A stretch of 64,000 nt of DNA from Acidobacteriota bacterium (GTDB taxonomy: Bacteria; Acidobacteriota; Thermoanaerobaculia; Gp7-AA8). The translations under genes were made by a program, and so were the position numbers. Location of the stretch: NCBI GenBank assembly GCA_019244185.1, contig JAFATB010000014.1, forward strand, positions 128,001 to 192,000, in the 5' to 3' direction. Shown here piece after piece: positions 16,310 to 25,095 of the stretch (its first letter is position 1; each line of letters opens with the position of its first letter). The notes under the pieces are model-generated. The model did no database searches. It was not told the DNA's origin and saw only the letters and a program-made list of their open reading frames with translations.

Positions 16310-18588
16310 GCGAGATTCCGATGATCGGCGCGGGGCGCGACCGCGTCGACGGTCGCGCGAAAGTCACCGGCACCGCGCGCTACGCCGCCGAGAACAACCT
16401 CCCGAACCTCGTGCACGCCGTCGTCGTCTCGTCGACGATTCCGTCGGGAACGATCCGCGCGATCGACACGACCGCGGCGAAGAAAGCGCCGGGCGTCCTC
16501 GCCGTGCTCTCGCACGTCAACGCGTCGAAGCTCAACCCGCCGCCGTCGCAGGGCGGCGGCAAGAGCGAGACCGGCGGCGGCGGTTCCGCGAGCGGCGGCG
16601 CGGCCGGTGGCGGCACTGGTGGAGGCGCCTCCGGAGGTACATCCGGCCAGAAGCAAGGCGGCCAATCCGGAGGGCAGCAGCAAGGCGGCGGACAGCCTTC
16701 CGGCAATTTCGCCGAGCCGCGCGCGACGCCGTTCAGCGACGGCACGATCCACTACCTCGGCCAGCAGATCGCCGTCGTCGTCGCCGACACGCTCGAACAC
16801 GCGACGCACGCCGCGGAGCTCGTCGAGGTGACGTACGACGCGCGTCCCGGACGTACCGACATGAACGCGCTGCGTCACGAGGCGAAGGACAAAGGCGCGC
16901 AGCAGGCGCCGCCGTTCGTGAAAGGCGATCCCGAGGGCGCGTTCGCCGGCGCCGCGGTGAAGATCGATCGCACGTATCGCACGCCGTATCACCATCACAA
17001 TCCGATCGAGGCGCATTCGATTGTCGTCGCCTGGGATGGCGATCGCGTCACGTTGCACGATTCGTCGCAGAACATCTTCGCGTCGCGCCAGACCATCGCG
17101 CACGCGTTCGGCATCCCCAAAGAGAACGTCCACGTCGTCTCGCCGTTCGTCGGCGGCGCGTTCGGCAGCAAGGGCTCGACCTGGCCGCACGTGCTCGTCG
17201 GCGCGCTGGCCGCGCGCGAGGTGAAGCGTCCCGTGAAGCTCTGGCTGCCGCGCAAGCAGCTCTTCTTCACGAACGGCCATCGGCCCGAAACCGAGCAGCG
17301 CGTGGCCCTCGGCGCGACGTCCGACGGCAAGCTCGTGTCGATCATTCACGAGGGCATCAGCCAGTCGAACGCCGTCTGCGACTACAACGAGCGCTTCACG
17401 CGCCCGACGCGCGTCATGTACGCGACGCCCAACATGCGCGCCGAGAACCTCGTCGTCGATCTCAACGTCTCCAGCCCGACGTACATGCGCGCGCCCGGCG
17501 AGAACCCCGGCATGTTCGCGCTCGAGTCGGCGATGGACGAGCTGGCGTACGCGGTCAACATCGATCCGGTGCAGCTCCGCCTCATCAACTACGCGGAGGA
17601 AGATCCGAGCGACGGCAAGCCGTGGTCGAGCAAGTCGCTGCGCGAGTGCTACGAGCGCGCGGCGGCGCGCTTCGGCTGGGCGGACCGCAAACGCGAGCCG
17701 CGTTCGATGCGCGACGGTCGCCTGCTCGTCGGCCAGGGCATGGCCAGCGCGACGTATCCGTCGCACCGCTCGCCCGCCTCGGCGCGCGCGCGGATGAACG
17801 ACGACGGCACGGTGGTCGTGTCGTCTGGCTCGCACGAGATGGGCATGGGCACCGCGACGGTGATGGCGCAGCTCGCAGCGGAAACGCTCGGCATTCCCGC
17901 GGAACGCGTGCGCTTCGAGTACGGCGACACGAACCTGCCGCAGGCGCCGATCTCCGCCGGCTCGATGACTGCGGCCAGCGTCGGATCCGCCGTCTATCAG
18001 GTCGCCCGCGAGCTGCGGCAGAAGCTCGTTGCGCTCAACGGCGGCGACGAGATCGCGAACGCGAACGACTACGCCGCGCTGCTGCACGCGCATTACACGC
18101 CGGATGTCGAGACGCGTGTCGACGCGAAGCCGGACCCCGAGGAGGCGCATTACTCCGCGCATGCCTTCGGCTGTCACTTCGCGGAAGTGAGCGTCGATCC
18201 CGACCTCGGTCTCGTGCGGCTGCGGCGGATGGTGAGCGCGTTCGCCGGCGGCCGCATCCTCAATGCGAAGACGGCGCACAGTCAGTTCCTCGGCGGCATC
18301 GTGCAGGGCATCGGTATGGCGCTGCTCGAGGAGACGCACCTCGACCGCCGCTTCGGCTCGTATACCAACGTCAACTTCGGCGAGTATCTTGTTCCGGTGA
18401 ACGCGGACGTGCGCAACCTCACGATCCTGATGCTCGAGGAGCAGGACCCGCACGTCAATCCGATCGGCGCGAAAGGCATCGGCGAGGTCGGTATCGTCGG
18501 CGTCGCGCCGGCCATCGCGAACGCCGTCTATCACGCCACCGGCAAACGCGTGCGCGACCTGCCGATCACGCTGGAGAAACTGTTGTGA
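16306..18588 (+). CDS. paoC: Molybdopterin-binding subunit, xanthine dehydrogenase family (PaoC/YagR-like)
   Basis: RVDGRAKVTG.ARYA, VGGAFGSK, MRAPGE, GAKGIGEVG; ATGA coupling to paoB. Confidence 0.9.
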   Translation: MSEIPMIGAGRDRVDGRAKVTGTARYAAENNLPNLVHAVVVSSTIPSGTIRAIDTTAAKKAPGVLAVLSHVNASKLNPPPSQGGGKSETGGGGSASGGAAGGGTGGGASGGTSGQKQGGQSGGQQQGGGQPSGNFAEPRATPFSDGTIHYLGQQIAVVVADTLEHATHAAELVEVTYDARPGRTDMNALRHEAKDKGAQQAPPFVKGDPEGAFAGAAVKIDRTYRTPYHHHNPIEAHSIVVAWDGDRVTLHDSSQNIFASRQTIAHAFGIPKENVHVVSPFVGGAFGSKGSTWPHVLVGALAAREVKRPVKLWLPRKQLFFTNGHRPETEQRVALGATSDGKLVSIIHEGISQSNAVCDYNERFTRPTRVMYATPNMRAENLVVDLNVSSPTYMRAPGENPGMFALESAMDELAYAVNIDPVQLRLINYAEEDPSDGKPWSSKSLRECYERAAARFGWADRKREPRSMRDGRLLVGQGMASATYPSHRSPASARARMNDDGTVVVSSGSHEMGMGTATVMAQLAAETLGIPAERVRFEYGDTNLPQAPISAGSMTAASVGSAVYQVARELRQKLVALNGGDEIANANDYAALLHAHYTPDVETRVDAKPDPEEAHYSAHAFGCHFAEVSVDPDLGLVRLRRMVSAFAGGRILNAKTAHSQFLGGIVQGIGMALLEETHLDRRFGSYTNVNFGEYLVPVNADVRNLTILMLEEQDPHVNPIGAKGIGEVGIVGVAPAIANAVYHATGKRVRDLPITLEKLL

Positions 18589-19466
18589 GCCGTGAGCTCG
18601 ATCGAGTGCTCGACGCGGAGCGCGCGATCATGCGCGACGGCCGCCGCGGCGTGCTCGTGACGCTGCTGCGTACGTCGGGCTCGACGTATCGCCGCGCCGG
18701 CGCGCGCGCGGTGCTCGCGGATGGTGCGGTCGCGTGCGGACTCGTGAGCGGCGGCTGCATCGAACGCGATCTCGCCGAGCGCATGCACGAATGGCTGGCG
18801 GACTTCACGCCGCGAGTCGTGACGTACGACAGCACGAGCGATGCGGATCTCGTCTTCGGCAGCGGCCTCGGATGCCGCGGGACGCTCGAGTTGCTCGTCG
18901 AGCCGTTCGACGCCGCACATCCGCCGGCGATCGACGCGTTCCGCCGCAACGGACGCGAGCCGGTGGTCTGGACCACGCGTCTCGGCGAACGCGAGCTGCT
19001 CGTCGAAGTCATCGAGCCGCCGCGCGCGCTGGCGATCTTCGGCAACGGTCCGGACGTCGCGCCGCTCGTCGCGTTCGCGCAGCAACTCGGCTGGGATGCG
19101 ACGCGCTTCGCCGCGGCCGCGCGCGACGTCGACGTGCACGCGTTCGATGCCGCGGTGGTGATGACGCACAACTTCCTGCACGACGTCGAACTGCTCGAGC
19201 TGTTGTTGCCGTCGCCGGTGCGTTACGTCGGCATCCTCGGGCCGAAACGTCGCCGCGAGGAACTGCTCGCGCACGTCAGCGACGCGGCCCGCGCGCACGC
19301 GGATCGTCTGCGCGGACCGATCGGACTCGACCTCGGCGCGGAGACACCCGAGGAGATCGCGCTGTCGATCGTGGCGGAGGTGCAGGCCGTGCTGCACGGA
19401 CGCGATGCGCGCGCGCTGCAGGAACGCCGCGCGCCGATCCACGAGCCGGAAGCCGCGTGCCCCTGA
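18585..19466 (+). CDS. xdhC: XdhC/CoxI family Moco insertion chaperone
   Basis: GSTYRRAGA, VSGGCIE, GLGCRG, MTHN, GPIGLDLGAETPEEIALSI; GTGA overlap with paoC. Confidence 0.88.
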   Translation: MSRELDRVLDAERAIMRDGRRGVLVTLLRTSGSTYRRAGARAVLADGAVACGLVSGGCIERDLAERMHEWLADFTPRVVTYDSTSDADLVFGSGLGCRGTLELLVEPFDAAHPPAIDAFRRNGREPVVWTTRLGERELLVEVIEPPRALAIFGNGPDVAPLVAFAQQLGWDATRFAAAARDVDVHAFDAAVVMTHNFLHDVELLELLLPSPVRYVGILGPKRRREELLAHVSDAARAHADRLRGPIGLDLGAETPEEIALSIVAEVQAVLHGRDARALQERRAPIHEPEAACP

Positions 19467-19981
19467 CCGCGATCGTGCTCGCCGCCGGCTTCTCGCGCCG
19501 CTTCGGCAGTCCGAAGCAGCTGTTCGAAGTCGACGGCGAGCCGCTCGTGCGCGGCGCCGCGCGCGTCGCGCGTGCCGTCGCGCGGACGATCGTGGTGATT
19601 CCCGCGAACGCGCTGCAAATCCGCGATGCGCTGCGCGAGCTCGACGTGACGATCGTGGAGAACGCGGATGCCGCCGAAGGCATCGCGTCATCCATCCGCG
19701 CCGGCGTCGCCGCGTGCGAAGGCGACGTGCTGCTGCTCGTCTGCGACCAACCTGGCGTCGATGCGATGCATCTGCGCGCGCTCATCGCGACGCATTCGCC
19801 ACTCGCCGCAAGCAGCTACGACGGAACGCTCGGCGTCCCCGCGTTCTTCGCCGCCCGCTACCGCGACGAACTGCTCGCCCTCCGCGGCGACGCCGGCGCG
19901 AAACGCGTGCTGCTCGCGCACGAGAGTGAGGTGGCGCCGGCGCCGCTGCGCGATGCGAGGGATTTGGATGTGCGGCCGTGA
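19457..19981 (+). CDS. mocA: Molybdenum cofactor cytidylyltransferase-like nucleotidyltransferase
   Basis: IVLAAGFSRRFGSPKQL, EGIASSIRAG, CDQP, GDAGAK; genomic context. Confidence 0.82.
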   Translation: MPLTAIVLAAGFSRRFGSPKQLFEVDGEPLVRGAARVARAVARTIVVIPANALQIRDALRELDVTIVENADAAEGIASSIRAGVAACEGDVLLLVCDQPGVDAMHLRALIATHSPLAASSYDGTLGVPAFFAARYRDELLALRGDAGAKRVLLAHESEVAPAPLRDARDLDVRP

Positions 19982-19991
19982 AGGCGCGCGT

Positions 19992-20315
19992 TCAGCCCTC
20001 AACGATCAGGAGTCGTCCGCGCTCGATTCGCGAGATTGCCGCGAGCACGTGCGGAACGAGCGGACGCAGATCGGACATGCGGTTCCGCACGCGCGTGATC
20101 AGGACGACGGCGATGCCGATGTCCGCCAGGTTCTGCTGATGGCGCAGAGCTTTGTCGGCGGTGATGAAGACTTCGATCCCGGCATCCACGGCGGCGCGGA
20201 GCAACACGCCGTTTCGCAGGCCGAGCCAGTCTTGCGCGCGAACGGTGGTCACGTCGTGGCCGCGCAGTTCGGCCGCGAATGCGACAGGCAGCGACTCGTC
20301 GACGAGAAGTCTCAA
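19992..20315 (-). CDS. DUF5615 PIN-like putative toxin
   Basis: RLLVDESLP...HDVTTV...FITADKAL; follows a DUF433 gene. Confidence 0.82.
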   Translation of the reverse strand: MRLLVDESLPVAFAAELRGHDVTTVRAQDWLGLRNGVLLRAAVDAGIEVFITADKALRHQQNLADIGIAVVLITRVRNRMSDLRPLVPHVLAAISRIERGRLLIVEG

Positions 20316-20521
20316 CTGCCGATGACCGCGTCCTTCGCCAGTTCGAGTGCGCCGACCGCCTGCTCGCGACTCACGGAAGGAAACTGCTCTAGGAACTCAT
20401 CGAGCGAATCGCCGGCTTCGAGATAGTCGAACAGGTTGTAGACCGGCACGCGCGTGCCGGCGAACACCGGTTCTCCGCCCATGATGTCGGGATCGCGACG
20501 AACGATCTGCTCCTTCACCAT
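20312..20521 (-). CDS. DUF433 putative antitoxin
   Basis: DPDIMGGEPVFAGTRVPV...GDSLDEFLEQFPSV. Confidence 0.9.
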   Translation of the reverse strand: MVKEQIVRRDPDIMGGEPVFAGTRVPVYNLFDYLEAGDSLDEFLEQFPSVSREQAVGALELAKDAVIGS

Positions 20522-20545
20522 CGCGTGATTCTAGCCCCCCAAAAT

Positions 20546-20575
20546 GAAAACGCCGGCCTCGCGGCCGGCGTTTTC
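20546..20575. terminator. Intrinsic terminator downstream of the S8 protease gene
   Basis: gaaaacgccggcc-tcgc-ggccggcgttttc. Confidence 0.85.
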
Positions 20576-20592
20576 GGGTTCATGGCGAAGAA

Positions 20593-22236
20593 TCAGCCGC
20601 GGTGTCCGAAGCGGCGGCCGGTGGTCGGGCGCGACGGGCCGAATGCGGCGGGGGCGAGGCGGTTGGCGGCGGCGTTCAGGTCGATGAGGCCCGCGCCGAA
20701 GACGGTGTCGGCGCCGGGGGTGCCGAGGTCGGTGGCGGTCTGCAGGAGCGTGGTCTTGAGCTGCGCGGGAGTCGCGCTCGGGGCGAGCGTCCACAGCAGC
20801 GCGACGGCGGCGGTCACGTGCGGGGTCGCCATCGACGTGCCGTTGAGGTAGCCGTAGTCGTCGGTCTCGTTCGCGATGGTGATCGTGCCGGTGCCAGCGG
20901 CCTTCAGCGCCTCACCGTCCGCTTTCGTGATGCCGACGGCGAGCGGCCACGCGTACGTCTTCGTGGTCGGGTCGGCGTCGTTGACGAGCGTCCAGGAGAT
21001 CGCGGAGTCGTCGTTGTTGTAGATGACGACGGCGATCGCGCCGCGCTCTTTCGCGTTGCGGGTCTTGTCGCCGAAGAAGAGCTCACCGCGCTGGATGAGC
21101 GCGATCTTGCCGGAGAGATCGGCGGGGAAATCCTCGGGACGTCCGAGGCCGCAGTAGACGTACTGGCCGGTGACGGTCGAGATCGGCGCGCCGTCGAGCG
21201 CGGACGCGAACTTCTCCGCGTTGCCGCTGCGCAGGTACGACGCGGTGCCGGTGCCGAGGGGCACCGTCGAGAGGACGTGCACGCCCGGCGCGACGACGGC
21301 GAGCTCGGGACCCTGATTCGAGAAGTCGGCGATGGCGGAGTTCTGATCGACGGCGCCGACGGCGAAGACGCTCGGATACGCGGCCGGATACGAGACCGGC
21401 GCGGGCGTGTCTGCAGTGGAGTCGTTGCCCGACGCGGCGACGACGATGACGCCCGCGTCGGAGGCTCGCTGGAACGCTTCCGCTTCGGCCTGGCTCGCGG
21501 AAGCGCCGCCGAGGGACATGTTCACGACCCAGTTCCCGCCGAGCGTCTGCTTCTGCTGCACGACCCAGTCGAGGCCGCGGAGGATGCGCGAGTTCGTGCC
21601 GCTGCCCTGCGCGTTGAGCACCTTCACCGCCCAGAGGCGGATGCCCGGCGTGACGCCGACGACGCCGCTCTGGTTGTCGGCCGCGGCGATCGTGCCGGCG
21701 ACGTGCGTGCCGTGGCCCGCGTCGTCCATCGGATCGGGCGTGCTGGCCACGAAGTTGTAGCCGCCCATGTACACCGGCGCGAGCTCGGGATGGCGATAGT
21801 CGATGCCGGTGTCGACGACGGCGACGTTCACGACGCCGCTGCGATGGCCGAGGTTCGCCTCGTGCGAATGGATCATCGCCACGCCGTACGGCACCGTCTG
21901 CACGGTGTTGTTCTTGATCGCGCTGAAGGCGTGACGCTCGACGACCGGCTCGATCCAGCGGACGCTGGCCGAGTTGCGCAGCGCCGCGACTTCCTCCGGC
22001 GTGAGGTCGGCGGCGAAGCCGTCGAAGGTCTGGAAACCGACGACGTTGCGCGGACGCACGGTACCGCCGGCGTCGCGGATCGCTTCCGCGAGACCGCCCG
22101 TCTTGAAGGCGTGCTTCGTGGCGACGAGATACTGCTGCGTCGCATCGGCGGCGAACGCGCCACCCGCGACGAGCAAAGCGAACACGGCAACAACAAAACG
22201 CGACGTGCGCGTGACGACGACCGGACCGTTGTTCAT
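20593..22236 (-). CDS. S8 subtilisin-like serine protease with propeptide and PA domain
   Basis: Catalytic triad VDTG / HGTHVAG / GTSMATPHV; PA domain GKIALIQRG..FGDK; signal peptide. Confidence 0.92.
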   Translation of the reverse strand: MNNGPVVVTRTSRFVVAVFALLVAGGAFAADATQQYLVATKHAFKTGGLAEAIRDAGGTVRPRNVVGFQTFDGFAADLTPEEVAALRNSASVRWIEPVVERHAFSAIKNNTVQTVPYGVAMIHSHEANLGHRSGVVNVAVVDTGIDYRHPELAPVYMGGYNFVASTPDPMDDAGHGTHVAGTIAAADNQSGVVGVTPGIRLWAVKVLNAQGSGTNSRILRGLDWVVQQKQTLGGNWVVNMSLGGASASQAEAEAFQRASDAGVIVVAASGNDSTADTPAPVSYPAAYPSVFAVGAVDQNSAIADFSNQGPELAVVAPGVHVLSTVPLGTGTASYLRSGNAEKFASALDGAPISTVTGQYVYCGLGRPEDFPADLSGKIALIQRGELFFGDKTRNAKERGAIAVVIYNNDDSAISWTLVNDADPTTKTYAWPLAVGITKADGEALKAAGTGTITIANETDDYGYLNGTSMATPHVTAAVALLWTLAPSATPAQLKTTLLQTATDLGTPGADTVFGAGLIDLNAAANRLAPAAFGPSRPTTGRRFGHRG

Positions 22237-22338
22237 GGGACTGGGTTCCTTTGCGGCTGGTAAACGCGCGCATCCCGCGGCTTCTTTCCACATCGCCGAA
22301 AAAAGCTCTGATAACGTACGCGCCTCAGAGGAGAAACG

Positions 22339-22782
22339 ATGACCGACTGGCAGGCCAACCTCGTCACCGACAACCGCGGCATCGCGGAGCTGCTGCGCGA
22401 CACGAAAACGATTGCGGTCCTCGGCATGAAGCCGGAGTCGCATTCCGGACAGGCGGCGTTCTACGTCCCCGAGCACATGGCTTCCGCCGGCTTCGACATC
22501 ATCCCCGTTCCCGTTTACTACCCGGAGGTGACGGAGATCCTCGGCAAGCCGGTCTTCCGCTCGCTCGCCGCGATCGGGCGTCCGATCGACATGGTGAACG
22601 TCTTCCGCCGCCCGCAGGACATCCCGCCGCACGTCGACGACATCATCGCGGCGAAACCGAAGTCGGTCTGGTTCCAGCTCGGCATTCGCAACGACGAGGC
22701 CGCTCGGCGTCTCGCGGAAGCGGGCATCCAAGTCGTGCAGGACCGCTGTCTGATGGTCGAGCACGGGAGGCTGGGGCGGTAA
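22339..22782 (+). CDS. CoA-binding protein (YccU-like)
   Basis: GAGGAG RBS; TIAVLG...IDMVNVFRRP...VWFQLGI...VVQDRCLMVE. Confidence 0.9.
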   Translation: MTDWQANLVTDNRGIAELLRDTKTIAVLGMKPESHSGQAAFYVPEHMASAGFDIIPVPVYYPEVTEILGKPVFRSLAAIGRPIDMVNVFRRPQDIPPHVDDIIAAKPKSVWFQLGIRNDEAARRLAEAGIQVVQDRCLMVEHGRLGR

Positions 22783-22826
22783 CGGCGCGCCTCGCGTTTC
22801 CGCCGTACGCGCTGTGGGAGACGCGC

Positions 22827-24218
22827 GTGGGCGCGGGCACGCCGGTCGTGCTGCTGCACGGCCTGAGCGGCTCGACGCGCTGGTGGTCGCGCAACATCGA
22901 AGCGCTCGCGGCGCGGCATCTCGTCGCCGCGGTCGATCTGGTCGGCTTCGGCCGCAATCGCCGCTTCCTCGGCACGCCCGCGGTGCTGCCGCCGCTCGAG
23001 GAGACGACGGCGCTGCTCGCGCGCTGGCTCGAGACGTTCGGCGAGCCGGTGCATCTCGTCGGACACTCGATGGGCGGCCAGCTCGCGATCGCGCTCGCCG
23101 CGGCGCGTCCCGAGCTCGTGCGCTCGCTGCTGCTCGTCTCCGCGACGGGACTGCCGTTCCATCTCGATCCGCGTCCACACGTGCGGATGCTTCCCCGATC
23201 GCTGCGCCTCGCACGCATCGCGCGGGTGCTCGTGCCCGACTTCCTGCGCGCGGGCCCGGCCTCGATCGCAGTTGCGGGAACGCGCGTGCTGCTCGGCGAT
23301 CTGCGCGAGGACTTGCACGCGCTGCGCGTGCCGGCACTCCTCGTGTGGGGCGAGGACGATCCGCTCGTGCCGCTCGTGTATGGCGAGGCGATGCAGCGCG
23401 CGATCGAAGGTTCGCGACTCGTCGTGCTGCCGCGCGCGGCGCACGTGCCGATGTGGGACGCGCCGGAAGCATTCAACGACGCCGCGCTCGCGTTCTTCGA
23501 TGAAGTCGAGTCGCGTCTGATGCACGCGCCCGCGCCGCCGCGTTTCACGTGGGGCATCGCGGGCTTCGTCGACGGCATCGCCCATCGCGAAGCCGGACAT
23601 CGCCGCGACATCGTCCTCCTGCACGGCCTCGGCATGTCGAGCGCGTACCTCGGCCGTCTCGCGCGCGAACTGTTCGCGCGCGGCTGGAATCCGATCGCGC
23701 CCGATCTGCCCGGCTTCGGCGAGAGCGCGAACGCGCGCGCGATGCCGCCGGACGAACACGCGCGCGTCCTCGCGGCGTGGAGCGATGCGCTCGGCATTCG
23801 CGATGCGGTGTGGGTCGGTCATTCGATCGGCTGCAACGCGGTCGCGCGTCTCGCGCGTCTGCGGCCCGACGTCGTGCGCGAGGCGGTGTGCATCGGCGCG
23901 CTCTGGACGCATCGCCCTTTTCCGAATGCGCGGCTCTTCGGCCTGCTCGCGCTCGACGCACTGCGCGAGCCGTTCGCGCTCTTTCGCTATGTCGTCGCCG
24001 CGTACTGGCGCACCGGCGTCGCGCGCTGGCTGCTGACGTGGCTGCGCTACGCGCCCGACATCGCCGCGGCGCCGCCGCGCGACGCGCGTTTTCTCGCCGG
24101 CGTGCGCGATCCGATTCCCGATCGCGATGCCGCGCCGACGACCGAGGTGCCGGGCGCGCACGCGTGCGTGTTCTCGCATGCAGACGCGGTGGCGGACGCG
24201 CTCACCACGACTGCATGA
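22827..24218 (+). CDS. Tandem two-domain alpha/beta hydrolase
   Basis: Two copies of LLHGL...DL.GFG...GHSxG (GHSMGG, GHSIGC); start uncertain (GTG 22827). Confidence 0.82.
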   Translation: MGAGTPVVLLHGLSGSTRWWSRNIEALAARHLVAAVDLVGFGRNRRFLGTPAVLPPLEETTALLARWLETFGEPVHLVGHSMGGQLAIALAAARPELVRSLLLVSATGLPFHLDPRPHVRMLPRSLRLARIARVLVPDFLRAGPASIAVAGTRVLLGDLREDLHALRVPALLVWGEDDPLVPLVYGEAMQRAIEGSRLVVLPRAAHVPMWDAPEAFNDAALAFFDEVESRLMHAPAPPRFTWGIAGFVDGIAHREAGHRRDIVLLHGLGMSSAYLGRLARELFARGWNPIAPDLPGFGESANARAMPPDEHARVLAAWSDALGIRDAVWVGHSIGCNAVARLARLRPDVVREAVCIGALWTHRPFPNARLFGLLALDALREPFALFRYVVAAYWRTGVARWLLTWLRYAPDIAAAPPRDARFLAGVRDPIPDRDAAPTTEVPGAHACVFSHADAVADALTTTA

Positions 24219-25086
24219 CGCGGCGCCAGCGCGCCGGCTGCGCATCCTCGGTCCACAGAATCCCCGAGTGCGGCAGGAACTCGATCGTCGTGTCGGCACC
24301 CGAGGCGCGGACGATGACCGCGTAGCGCTCGGCGACGTCGCGGCGGATGCTCATCCGCGCGCGCATCGTCTTCACGAGCGGCGGAATCGTGCGCCACGCG
24401 ATGAAGCCGCCGAGCGCCGCGAGCACGATCATTCCGCCGTGGATGTCGATCGCGCCGACGAGACCGGCGACGATCGCGGCCACGCCGAGCACCGCCAGGA
24501 GCGCGCGCTGGAACGTCACCGCGGGCATGTGCCGCCGCAGTTCGCCGAGCTCGTCGTCGCTGAGGCGGCGCTGGTGCGCGGCCACGTTCTCGTTCACCGG
24601 CTTCAGGAAGTTCGCGGCCATCACCGCGTGATCGGGCACGACCGCCGTCGCGCCGCGCGCGACGAACACGCGCTCGTACTTGCGCGCGCCGTTCACGCTC
24701 CACAGCAGGTCGGATTCCGGCAGCACCTCGATTGCGACCTCATCGTTGCCGCAGATCAGCACGCGTCCGCGCTCGAGATCGCGCAGCGACGCGGCGAGAA
24801 ACGCGCGGATGCGTCCGAGCGACTGCGCGCGGCGCGAGCGCAGTCCGAGGATCGTCGTCCAGACGACGGGAAGCGCGAACGTGCGCGTTTGCGGAAAGCA
24901 CGCCGCGGCGACGCCGCCGGCGAGGATCGCCGCGATGGCCACATGGTTGAGGATCCATTCGCGGCGCGCCTCGCGCCGCAGCGTCGCGAGATGCGCGCGC
25001 TCGTCCGCGTCGAGGTCGCGCTCGCCCTTCGGCGGCAGCCCCGCATACCACTGTTGTTGTCCGGGAGCGGGGGAGGACGAGGACAT
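24202..25086 (-). CDS. Membrane protein built from two homologous halves
   Basis: Two TM hairpins; ERDLDADE/QRRLSDDE and IEVLPESDLLW/IEFLPHSGILW repeats. Confidence 0.75.
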   Translation of the reverse strand: MSSSSPAPGQQQWYAGLPPKGERDLDADERAHLATLRREARREWILNHVAIAAILAGGVAAACFPQTRTFALPVVWTTILGLRSRRAQSLGRIRAFLAASLRDLERGRVLICGNDEVAIEVLPESDLLWSVNGARKYERVFVARGATAVVPDHAVMAANFLKPVNENVAAHQRRLSDDELGELRRHMPAVTFQRALLAVLGVAAIVAGLVGAIDIHGGMIVLAALGGFIAWRTIPPLVKTMRARMSIRRDVAERYAVIVRASGADTTIEFLPHSGILWTEDAQPARWRRVMQSW

Positions 25087-25095
25087 GCCGCCAGT

